The notes under the pieces are model-generated. The model ran no database searches, was not told where the DNA came from, and saw only the letters and a list, made by a program, of their open reading frames with translations. From positions 1 to 30,697 of the forward strand of contig JACRJY010000101.1 in assembly GCA_016235585.1 (NCBI GenBank): a stretch of DNA of 30,697 bases, in the 5' to 3' direction. Of the stretch, positions 7,932-16,000 are shown in pieces. Each line of letters opens with the position of its first letter. Position 1 is the first letter of the stretch. The translations under genes and the position numbers were made by a program. Source of the DNA: Verrucomicrobiota bacterium (GTDB lineage Bacteria > Verrucomicrobiota > Verrucomicrobiia > Limisphaerales > JACRJY01).

Positions 7932-8040
7932 TGGCCGGAGAGTGTGGCAAAGTTCCCGCCGCCGCAAAAGCCGAAAGCCGCCGCCGGCGGTGGCCCGCGC
8001 ATTGCGGCCCGCCGGGCTTCCGCGTAGGCTGTGCGGTTCA

Positions 8041-8409
8041 ATGCGCTGGAAACACAAATTCAGGGGCGGGCTGGTGGGCTTCATCGGCTTCCTGCTCTCG
8101 CCGCTCTCGTGGTGGAACGACCTCTTCGTGAACGTGCCGCTGGCGCTGGCCTTCGCGTGGCTGGTCAGCCTCGCGTGGCCGGCGGGGTTCGGCGCGAGCT
8201 TCGTGCTCGGCTACTGGCTCACGAACGTGCTGGGCTTCGTGCTCATGCACCAGGGCGCGAAGGAGTTCGTCGCGGGTGAACCGCAGATTTATTCCCGGCG
8301 CGAGCTGGTGAAGGACGCGCTGATCTCCCTCGCCTACACGCTGCTCATCGTGGTGCTGATCCGCAGCGAGATTTTGAAGCCGCTGCCGGACTATTTGCCG
8401 GCAAAATGA
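8041..8409 (+). CDS. Small integral membrane protein (3 predicted TM helices), unknown function
   Basis: MRWKHKFRGGLVGFIGFLLSPLSWWNDLFVNVPLALAFAWLVSLAWPAGFGASFVLGYWLTNVLGFVLMH....LISLAYTLLIVVLI. ATG at 8041. The track ORF begins at 7831 but the upstream 70 aa are Arg/Ser-rich and overlap the sigma gene start. Divergent from the sigma gene, first gene of the permease cluster. Confidence 0.55.
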   Translation: MRWKHKFRGGLVGFIGFLLSPLSWWNDLFVNVPLALAFAWLVSLAWPAGFGASFVLGYWLTNVLGFVLMHQGAKEFVAGEPQIYSRRELVKDALISLAYTLLIVVLIRSEILKPLPDYLPAK

Positions 8410-8486
8410 CGCGCCCGCCCTCCTGTCACGGGATGAACTTGGACGAATCCGCGCCGTCCTGCTAAAACCATCCCGCACGAACCGCA

Positions 8487-9293
8487 GTGAACAAATACCT
8501 CCACGTCGTCAACATCGGCATCCAGAACACGCTGGTCTATCGCGTGAACTTTCTGTTCCGCGCGGCGTTCGGCCTCGTGCCGCTCACGGCGACGATTCTG
8601 CTCTGGCGCACGATTTACGAGGGCAAGGCCGGCGGTGCGGAAATTGCCGGCTACTCGCTGGCGCAGATGATTTCCTACTACCTCGTCGTCACCATCGTGA
8701 ACTCGCTCACGGCGGTGAACGAGGACGACTGGCAGATCGCCGCCGACATCAAGGACGGCCACATCAGCCAGTTCCTGCTCAAGCCCGTGGATTTCCTCGC
8801 CTACCGGTTCTGCCTCTTTTTTGCGGGGCGGCTGATCTACACCGTCGTCGCTTTCGTGCCGGTGGCGCTGTTCATCCTGTATCAGCGCGAATACTTCGTG
8901 CTGCCGCCGAGCGCCGGGGCGTTCGGCTGGTTCCTCGTGTCGGTGGTGATGACGGGCGCGCTGCAGTTTTTGATTTCCTACACGATGGCGTTGCTGGCGG
9001 TGTGGGTGCTGGAGGTGGCGACGTTCATCTTCATCCTGTTCGCGTTTGAATACATCGCGGGCGGGCATCTCTTCCCGCTGAACATCCTGCCGCCCGCGAT
9101 CAGCGCAGCGCTGGACTGCACGCCGTTTCCGTATCTGCTCTTTTTCCCCGTGAGCATCTATCTCGGCCAGGTCACGGGCGAGGCGCTGGGGCGCGGGCTG
9201 GCGATGCAGGCCTTCTGGCTCGTGGCGGCGTATGCGCTGGCGCGCTTCGTCTGGAGCCGGGGCATCAAAAAATATTCCGCCGTGGGAGGATGA
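8487..9293 (+). CDS. ABC-2 family transporter permease (ABC2_membrane_6 / putative exporter permease type)
   Basis: GTG start (VNKYLHVVNIGIQNTLVYRVNFLFRAAFGLVPLTATILLW...). Six hydrophobic segments. The N-terminal 'NTLVYRVNFLF' resembles the conserved amphipathic start of ABC2_membrane_6 permeases. Paralogous to the next gene. Confidence 0.7.
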   Translation: MNKYLHVVNIGIQNTLVYRVNFLFRAAFGLVPLTATILLWRTIYEGKAGGAEIAGYSLAQMISYYLVVTIVNSLTAVNEDDWQIAADIKDGHISQFLLKPVDFLAYRFCLFFAGRLIYTVVAFVPVALFILYQREYFVLPPSAGAFGWFLVSVVMTGALQFLISYTMALLAVWVLEVATFIFILFAFEYIAGGHLFPLNILPPAISAALDCTPFPYLLFFPVSIYLGQVTGEALGRGLAMQAFWLVAAYALARFVWSRGIKKYSAVGG

Positions 9294-9294
9294 C

Positions 9295-10164
9295 ATGAAT
9301 TCCGAATTCCGAATTCCAAATGGCGAATCCCCGGCGGCGCGCGGAAGTGAAGTCCCCCATTCGCCATTCCCTGTTCGCCATTACTTCACCCTCTATGCCG
9401 CGCTCTGGCGCAACTCCGTCGTGCGCGAGATGGGCTTCAAGACGAACTTCCTCCTGTGGATTGTCGTGGAGATGCTCTGGTTCGCGCTGCAACTGGCCTT
9501 CATCAGCGTGCTCTACCTGCACACCGAGCGCATCGGCTCGTGGTCGAAGTGGCAGGTCGTGATGCTCATGGGCGCGAGCCACTTCATCCAGCAGCTCTTC
9601 ACCGCGCTTTTCCTGACGAACTGCACACAGCTCTCGGAGAACATCCGCACCGGCAAACTCGACTTCATGCTGCTGCTGCCGGTCAACACGCGCTTCCTCA
9701 TCTCGCTGCGGCAGGTGGATCTCGGCGGCTTCGTGAACGCCGCGTCCGCCGTCGCGGTGATGATTTACGCCGGGTGGCAACTGCACCTCGTGCCGACGCT
9801 GGCGCAGGTGCTCGGCTTTTTGCTGCTCGCGGCGAGCGGGCTGCTCATCCATTACTCGCTGATGTTCCTGCTCTCGTGCGCGAGCTTCTGGACGGTGCGC
9901 GCGCAGGGCATGGTGTGGGGCTACTACAACCTCTTCAACATCGCGCGGCTGCCGGACGAGGCGTTTCGCGGCGCGTTCAAGGCGTTTTTCACGTTCGCGA
10001 TCCCCATGCTGCTCGTCTCGAACGTGCCGGTGAAGCTGCTGGTGGACAAGCTCGCCTCGCCGCTGGAAATGCTCGGCCTGCTTGCGGCGAGCGCGGCGTG
10101 CTTCACGGTTTCGGAATGGGGCTGGCGGCTTTCGGTGCGGCGCTACACGAGCGCGAGCTCGTAA
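9295..10164 (+). CDS. ABC-2 family transporter permease, paralog of the preceding gene
   Basis: MNSEFRIPNGESPAARGSEVPHSPFPVRHYFTLYAALWRNSVVREMGFKTNFLLWIVVEMLWFALQLAFISVLYL..., same architecture as the gene at 8487..9293. The ATG at 9295 is 1 nt after the upstream TGA, so translationally coupled. The track start at 9232 would overlap the upstream gene by 62 nt. Confidence 0.7.
   Translation: MNSEFRIPNGESPAARGSEVPHSPFPVRHYFTLYAALWRNSVVREMGFKTNFLLWIVVEMLWFALQLAFISVLYLHTERIGSWSKWQVVMLMGASHFIQQLFTALFLTNCTQLSENIRTGKLDFMLLLPVNTRFLISLRQVDLGGFVNAASAVAVMIYAGWQLHLVPTLAQVLGFLLLAASGLLIHYSLMFLLSCASFWTVRAQGMVWGYYNLFNIARLPDEAFRGAFKAFFTFAIPMLLVSNVPVKLLVDKLASPLEMLGLLAASAACFTVSEWGWRLSVRRYTSASS
9297..9317 (+). 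repeat. Perfect tandem heptamer (GAATTCC)x3 within codons 1-8 of the second permease gene
   Basis: atGAATTCCGAATTCCGAATTCCaaatgg read directly: three abutting copies, each containing a GAATTC site. Confidence 0.9.
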
Positions 10165-10216
10165 AAATCTGTCGCAGGAGACGAGGTAACGAGGCTCCTT
10201 CCTCTCCGAAAGACTG

Positions 10217-10410
10217 GCCCGCGAACCACGCGAATCACGCGAAAAGATTTCCCCTTTCGCGTCCTTGGCGTGGTTCGCGGGCAGAAAAACGGACGACACG
10301 CCGCACGGATTTCCCTCCCCTCTGCGCTCCTCTGCGAATCCCTCCGCGTCCTCTGCGTTAAAATTTTCAACGCAGAGGTCGCAGAGGATTCCGCAAAGGT
10401 CGCGGAGGTG
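10217..10410. repeat. Nested inverted repeats in the convergent intergenic region between the permease gene and cca
   Basis: IR-A: gcccgcgaaccacgc (10217-10231) pairs with gcgtggttcgcgggc (10268-10282), a 15-bp perfect stem around a loop that itself contains cgcgaaaag/cctttcgcg. IR-B: cctctgcgtt-aaaattttc-aacgcagagg, a perfect 10-bp stem centred near 10363, extended by imperfect arms of about 40 nt (cctctgcg repeated three times on the left, cgcagagg-type repeated on the right, about 10318-10410). Confidence 0.7.
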
Positions 10411-10457
10411 TTTCAAATCCAACACCACTTTCAATCAGAGCCTTCTCACGGCGGTTC

Positions 10458-11858
10458 CTACGCTTTATTGGAACCAATGTCCGGCCTTTCCACCGCGAGC
10501 CAGCGCCTCGCGCCGTCGAGATCGGCGAACTTCCCCTCCAGTTGCGCCTCGAACGCCGCGTCCACGATTTCGCCGAACTCCGGGCCGGGCTTCAGGCCGA
10601 GCTCAATCAAATGCCGCCCCTGCAAAATCGGCTTGGGCGCGCTGTCCTTGAGTTTCAACTCCGCCGCCTTCGCCAGCAGCGCGCGAAGATTTTCGGAGAC
10701 TTCCGCAGGCTTCGGCGGGCGGCCAAACTGATCCGCCGTGATGACGATGCTCAAGCTCTCAATCGTCTCCGGCGCGAGGCGGCGCGCGAGCCGGCGCACA
10801 CTGCGGTCGGTGACTACCTGCAAGTGCGCGAGATGATTTGTCACCAGCGGCACGACGCGCTGGGCGATGGCCTTCGGTGCGTTGATGCGCTGGAGAAAGC
10901 TCTCCGCGAGCGGCCCGCCCGCCTCCTCGTGGCCGGGCGAGACGATGCGCTCGCGGCCATCCTTGATGGCGCGCGTCGTGGTCTGCGGCTTGGCGAAGTC
11001 ATGCGCCAGCACGGCAAGCGCGAGGACGATTTTCGATTCCGTGTCCGCCTGCTGCCACGCGGGCAGCTTCACCAGCGCGTCGCCACAGTGGCCGGTGTGC
11101 GTGAACACGTCGCCTTCGGGATGCCACTCCGGATCCTGCGGCGTGCCGCGCAGCGCGGCGATTTCGGGGAAATGTTCAATCCACTCCGTCTCCGCGAGAA
11201 ACTTCAATCCCGCCGACGGCATGGTGCTTTTCTCCGCCCACTTGAACCACTCCTCGCGCACGCGCTCGACGGCGAGCTCGCCGTAGGTGGATTTGATCTG
11301 GCGGCAGAGCGCGACCGTCTCCGGCGCGGCGCGGAGATTGAACCGCGCGGCGAACTGCATCCCGCGCAGCACGCGCAGCGGGTCTTCGACGAACGCCGCG
11401 CTCGTGTGCCGCAGCACGCGGTTTTCCAAATCGGCGCGCCCGCCGAAAAAATCCAGCACCGCGCCGGTGCGCGGGTCGAACATCATCGCGTTGATGGTGA
11501 AGTCGCGCCGCGCGGCGGCCTCTTGCAGCGTGATGTCCGGGTCGAAGGTGATTTTGAAGCCCTTGTGGCCCGGCGCGGTCTTGGAGTCGCGCCGGGGAAT
11601 CGAGAAATCGTAGGTGCACCCGCCGCGCGTGGTGAGTTTGATCACGCCGAAGGAGCGGCCCACCAAATCCACGCGCCCGTGCGGCGCGAGCGCGGCGGTG
11701 AGCTGCTCGTAGTCCACGCCGAAGACCTCGAGGTCGAAATCCTTGAGCGGCGCGCCGAGCAGCCCGTCGCGCACGCCGCCGCCGACGAGATACGCGCGGC
11801 GCAGCGCCGGCGTTGCGGAGAGCAGCGCGGCGAGTTCGCGGGGAAGCAGCTCGGTCAT
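10458..11858 (-). CDS. cca: CCA-adding tRNA nucleotidyltransferase with C-terminal HD phosphohydrolase domain
   Basis: MTELLPRELAALLSATPALRRAYLVGGGVRDGLLGAPLKDFDLEV (PolyA_pol head, GG..D motif) ... RRDFTINAMMFDP ... HD-domain motif LAVLAHDFAKP. ATG at 11858-11856. An alternative upstream ATG at 11918 adds 20 aa. Confidence 0.85.
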   Translation of the reverse strand: MTELLPRELAALLSATPALRRAYLVGGGVRDGLLGAPLKDFDLEVFGVDYEQLTAALAPHGRVDLVGRSFGVIKLTTRGGCTYDFSIPRRDSKTAPGHKGFKITFDPDITLQEAAARRDFTINAMMFDPRTGAVLDFFGGRADLENRVLRHTSAAFVEDPLRVLRGMQFAARFNLRAAPETVALCRQIKSTYGELAVERVREEWFKWAEKSTMPSAGLKFLAETEWIEHFPEIAALRGTPQDPEWHPEGDVFTHTGHCGDALVKLPAWQQADTESKIVLALAVLAHDFAKPQTTTRAIKDGRERIVSPGHEEAGGPLAESFLQRINAPKAIAQRVVPLVTNHLAHLQVVTDRSVRRLARRLAPETIESLSIVITADQFGRPPKPAEVSENLRALLAKAAELKLKDSAPKPILQGRHLIELGLKPGPEFGEIVDAAFEAQLEGKFADLDGARRWLAVERPDIGSNKA

Positions 11859-12323
11859 TCGCGCGCAGTGTCGCGGAAACCGGGGCGTGAATAAACGATC
11901 AAGTTGCGGCGCGGTCACGGCGGTTTTGAAAAATAATTTGGTTTTGTGCTTGATAAAAATTCGCCGCCGCCGATACTCGTGGCACCAGCACGAGGGAACG
12001 TCAGAAGGTCAGCGACCCGTGCGCGATCTTTCTCAAAGTGAATTTTCGGATTTTAACCCTGCCATGTTCGTGCTCAGAAACAAAGTCCTTGAACCGTAAG
12101 TTAATAAAAGCAGGAGCCTTGACTCCGATGGCGGCCGACAGGCCTTGACTGGAAGTCGAAAACCGCTGGTTGGGCTCCCCCTGTTTCCAGGCAGTTCAAA
12201 GGAACTGTTCCACACGGCATTACGGTGGGGTTATTTTTTCCTCGAAGGGGGAATCCTCCGGACTCGCTTTGCCTGCCTCTTCCTTCGTTCTTCCGCCCGC
12301 ATCCTTGGCGGACTATCGCCAGT

Positions 12324-12635
12324 TCACGGCTCCGGTTCCGTCTTCGGCGGGGTTTCGTTGGAAGTCTTCAACATTTCGTCCACCAGCTTCTTGAAGTCCT
12401 CGAGGCCCGTCGAGGGGACGATGATGTTGTCGCGCCGCCCGCCGACGTCTTCAGTGATGCGCAGGAAACGCCCGCGCGGGTTTTCCTTCAGGGTGAAGAC
12501 AAAGGTCTTGCGCTCGATCTGGAGCTTTTCCGAGCGGAGGGTTTCCTCGGGCGGGCCGGGCCGCGGGGGGGATTGATGGGACTGGTAGTAGCGGGGGCGT
12601 CCACCATACGGAGAAGGGCGTTCATTCGAGATCAT
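12324..12635 (-). CDS. PUR-alpha-like nucleic-acid-binding protein (DUF3276 family), small basic protein with Pro-rich N-terminus
   Basis: MISNERPSPYGGRPRYYQSHQSPPRPGPPEETLRSEKLQIERKTFVFTLKENPRGRFLRITEDVGGRRDNIIVPSTGLEDFKKLVDEMLK. The 'K.FFFD+KEN.RG.+L+ITE...GRR..I+VP..GLE+F' pattern is the bacterial PUR-repeat (DUF3276) signature as I recall it. ATG at 12635-12633, TGA at 12326-12324. The plus-strand ORFs overlapping it (12145..12576, 12225..12668) are compositionally implausible. Confidence 0.6.
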   Translation of the reverse strand: MISNERPSPYGGRPRYYQSHQSPPRPGPPEETLRSEKLQIERKTFVFTLKENPRGRFLRITEDVGGRRDNIIVPSTGLEDFKKLVDEMLKTSNETPPKTEPEP

Positions 12636-12905
12636 AGGCCGGGTTCCTTCCGCTGCGAATTAAGTTAGTGCCGCAAGATCCAACTGGACGGTTTCACTTG
12701 TTTGCCAGTCGCCGTTGTTTGTCAATGGATTATTTTTGGGGTCTCGCTTTTGAAAATGATCCTCCCTCAAAGCCCTGCACCGGCAGGGAGGCATGGCGAG
12801 CGCCAGCCCTCCGCACCTTGGCGGGGAAACTCTTGGAAGACATTTCAAACTTCAGCACTAGCCATATGGCCCTATTATTTAAGTGTAAATATTTCGGCAT
12901 CGGCA

Positions 12906-12934
12906 TTGATTGTTTCTTGGAAGAATGATAATTC
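12906..12934 (+). promoter_or_regulatory. Candidate sigma-70-like promoter for the giant gene in an AT-rich leader
   Basis: TTGATT (12906-12911), a 17-nt spacer, then TAATTC (12929-12934), inside the only AT-rich stretch (12850-12990) upstream of the ATG at 12989. This is pattern matching only. Confidence 0.25.
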
Positions 12935-12988
12935 CTCACTCCGTTGTTTGCGTTTGAGCAAAAGGCAATTTTCCTCATTTACAAATTT

Positions 12989-13090
12989 ATGAATACGGCT
13001 CTCTGTCTTCCCAGCCTGTCTCTGTCCTCCTTGCTTCGCGCCGCCGCCGTGCTGGCGCTCGCCCTGTGGCTGCCGGCCTCGAGTTGGGCG
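12989..13090 (+). other. Sec signal peptide of the giant protein (34 aa, predicted cleavage after SSWA)
   Basis: Basic n-region, hydrophobic LLRAAAVLALALWL h-region, A-x-A-like c-region (SWA). Confidence 0.6.
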
Positions 13091-16000
13091 GACAGCCCGG
13101 TCTTTGACGCCAAGGCCACGGCAAGTTCCAGCGGTGCACAAACGAGCCTCACGTTCTCCCACACGACCGGCACCGGGGCCAAGCGCGTGCTGCTGGTGGG
13201 CGTGGCCTACCGCCCGGCGAACAGCGCGGATGTGGTTTCCAGCGTCACCTACGCCGGCACCGCCATGAATTTGCTGGTTGCGAAGACGAACAGCACCGCC
13301 GACGAGATCACCTACCTGTATTATCAGTTCGCCCCGGCCGCTGGGGCCAACAATGTCATTGTCACGGCGAGCGCCTCGGCGGCGATCATTGCCGGCTCCA
13401 TGTCCTTCACCAACGTCGGGCAGTCAGTCACGGCGGCCTTTGGCAGTAGCACCAACTCTGCGGCGTCGGTGGGCACGGTGGCGTCCGGGTCGCTCGCGAT
13501 CGCCACTGCGGTCGGGGATGTTGTGCTGGTCGTGGAGGGGGGTAACACAGGGGGCAATAGCACTGCCTCTACGCTCGCGTTTGGCACCGGATCGCAGCAG
13601 TGGAATTCCTCGGTTCTCATCAGCGGTTCCAGCAAGTCGATCAACTCCGGCGGCGCGACGAACCTGGCCACCGGCACCAGCACCTCGGTTACGTGGACGC
13701 TTAGCACCGTCAATTCCGCTTGGGCTGCCGTCGGCGTCGCCGTCAAGGCCGCCCCCGCCTCGCCCGTCCTCGCCGCCATCGAGGGCACGGACTTGAGCTA
13801 CACGGAAAATGCCACCACCGCCATCACCAGCACTTTGACCGTGTCTGACACCGACAGCGCGAACATGAGCGGCGCGACCGTGCAGATCACGAGCGGCTTC
13901 GCCACTGCCGAGGACGTGCTGGCCGCCACCGTCGGGGCCACCGGCATCAGCGCCAGCTACAACGCCACCACCGGCATCTTGAGCCTGACCAACAGTTCTT
14001 CCAAAGCCAACTACGAGACGGTGCTGCGCTCGGTGACCTACGCCAACACCAGCAACGCCCCCTCCACCACCACGCGCACGGCGGCGTTCACCGTCTATGA
14101 TGACGTCGGCCAGCCCAGCAACACGCAGGCGCGCAACATCACCATCACGTCGGTCAACGACGCCCCCACCTTCACCATCAACGGCCTGTCCGCCGGATCG
14201 GGGACGGCAGGCGAGACGTGGGTGGCGCGGGACAGCAGCCGCAGTTGGCGTTCCGTGGCGAGTTCCTCGGACGGCACGAAACTGGCGGCGGTGGTGCTTA
14301 GCGGCAATATTTATACCTCGACGGATTCGGGGGCGAACTGGACGGCGCAAACCGGTTCGGGCACCCGCAGTTGGGGCTTTGTGGCGAGTTCCTCGGACGG
14401 CACGAAACTCGTGGCGACGGCGAGCAGCGACCAGATCTACACCTCGACGGATTCGGGCGTGAGCTGGACGGCGCGCGACAGCAGCCGGAGCTGGTCTTGC
14501 GTGGCCAGTTCGGCGGATGGAACCAAGCTGGTGGCGACGGTGTTTGGGGGCAACATTTACACCTCGACCGATTCGGGGGCGAACTGGACGGCGCAAACCG
14601 GTGCGGGCACCCGCAACTGGCAGTCCGTGGCGAGTTCTTCGGATGGCACGAAGCTCGTGGCGGTGGTGGCGGGCGGCGGCGACACGATCTACACCTCGAC
14701 CGATTCCGGGGCGAATTGGACGGCCCAGACCGGGGCGGGCAACCGGGATTGGAACACAGTGACGAGTTCGGCGGACGGCACGAAGCTGGTGGCGGGGGTG
14801 TATAGCGGCCACCTTTTCACCTCGACGGATTCGGGGGTGAACTGGACGGATCGCAGTGGGCCGGGCAACCGCTCATGGAACGGCCTGGCGAGTTCGGCGG
14901 ACGGCACGGTGCTGGTGGCCGCCAGCGGCACCCTGCTTTATGTCTCCACGGATTCGGGGGTGAACTGGACGGCGCGGGACAGCAGCCGCAGCTGGTTCGG
15001 GGCGGCGAGTTCTTCGGACGGCAGCAAGCTTGTGGCGGTGGCGACCGGCGGCCAGATTTATACGTCGGTGGGCGGCATTTTTTATTTTCTGCCCATCAAC
15101 GAGGACGCGGGCGCGCAGGCCTTGAGCCTCACGAGCATCAGTGCGGGCGGCGGCGAGAGCCAGACGCTCGTCTTCTCCGCCACGTCCAGCGACACTTCGA
15201 TGGTGCCGACGCCGACCTTCACCTACACCAGCGCGAATACGACCGGCACGCTGCACTTCACGCCCGCCGGGAACTCCAACGGCACGGTGACCCTCACCGT
15301 GGTCTTGCAGGACACCGGCGGCACTGCCAATGGCGGCGTGGACAAGACGACGAACAGTTTCAAGGTCAACATCACGGCGGTGAACGACGCGCCGAGTTTC
15401 AGTGCGGGGAGCAGCCTGACGGTGAACGAGGACAGCGGGGCCTACAGCGCGGCGTGGGCGACCGCGATCAGCACGGGGCCGTCCGACGAGTCCGGGCAGA
15501 CGGTGAGTTTCACGGTGACGAACAACAACGCAGGATTATTCTCGTCGGCCCCGGCGGTGAATTCGACGGGGGGCCTGACGTTCACGCCGACGGGCAACTC
15601 GAACGGCGTGGCGACCGTGGGCGTGGTGATCACGGACAACGGAGGGACGGCCAACGGGGGGACCAACGGTTCGGCGGTGCAGACCTTCACGATCACGGTG
15701 GAGGCGGTCAATGACGAGCCGAACTTCTCAAGCGGCGGCAACGTGGCCGTGAACGAGGACAGCGGCGGCTACAGCGCGGCGTGGGCGACGACGATCACCA
15801 AGGGGGCCGATAACGAGTCCGGGCAGACGGTGAACTTCACGATTGATTCCAACAGCAACACCGGCCTGTTCGCGGCGGGGCCGGCGGTGGCGGCGGATGG
15901 CACGCTGACCTTCACCCCGGCGGCCAACACCAGCGGATCGGCTTCCATCACGGTGACCATCCATGACAACGGCGGGACGCTCTTGGGCGGGGACGACACG

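Noticed and set aside
7015-7950. Single 311-aa minus ORF spanning the anti-sigma region and most of the sigma gene
   Set aside because: Only its last 99 codons (7015..7314) form a plausible membrane protein. The upstream part is the +1 frame of the ECF sigma gene (Arg/Pro/His-rich).
9232-9294. Alternative upstream start for the second permease at 9232
   Set aside because: It would overlap the preceding permease gene by 62 nt and adds an Arg/Ser/Gly-rich peptide. The ATG at 9295 sits 1 nt after the upstream stop, a typical coupling arrangement.
10542-11894. Plus-strand 450-aa ORF overlapping cca
   Set aside because: Antisense artefact. The minus frame encodes a textbook PolyA_pol head plus HD domain.
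11919-12323. Possibility of tmRNA (because smpB is in the window), tRNA, SRP RNA or RNase P RNA in the non-coding gaps (also 4220..4400)
   Set aside because: No GGTTCGANTCC-type T-arm, no tmRNA 5'/3' tRNA-like ends, no GGAAGCAGCC SRP motif and no RNase P P4 motif (AGGAAAGTCCGGGCTCC) were found by eye on either strand. A covariance-model scan would be needed to exclude them formally.
12944-12988. Upstream ATG at 12944 for the giant gene (MFAFEQKAIFLIYKF-)
   Set aside because: It lies within the AT-rich leader. The signal-peptide n-region and h-region begin cleanly at the ATG at 12989, though the longer form cannot be excluded without N-terminal data.
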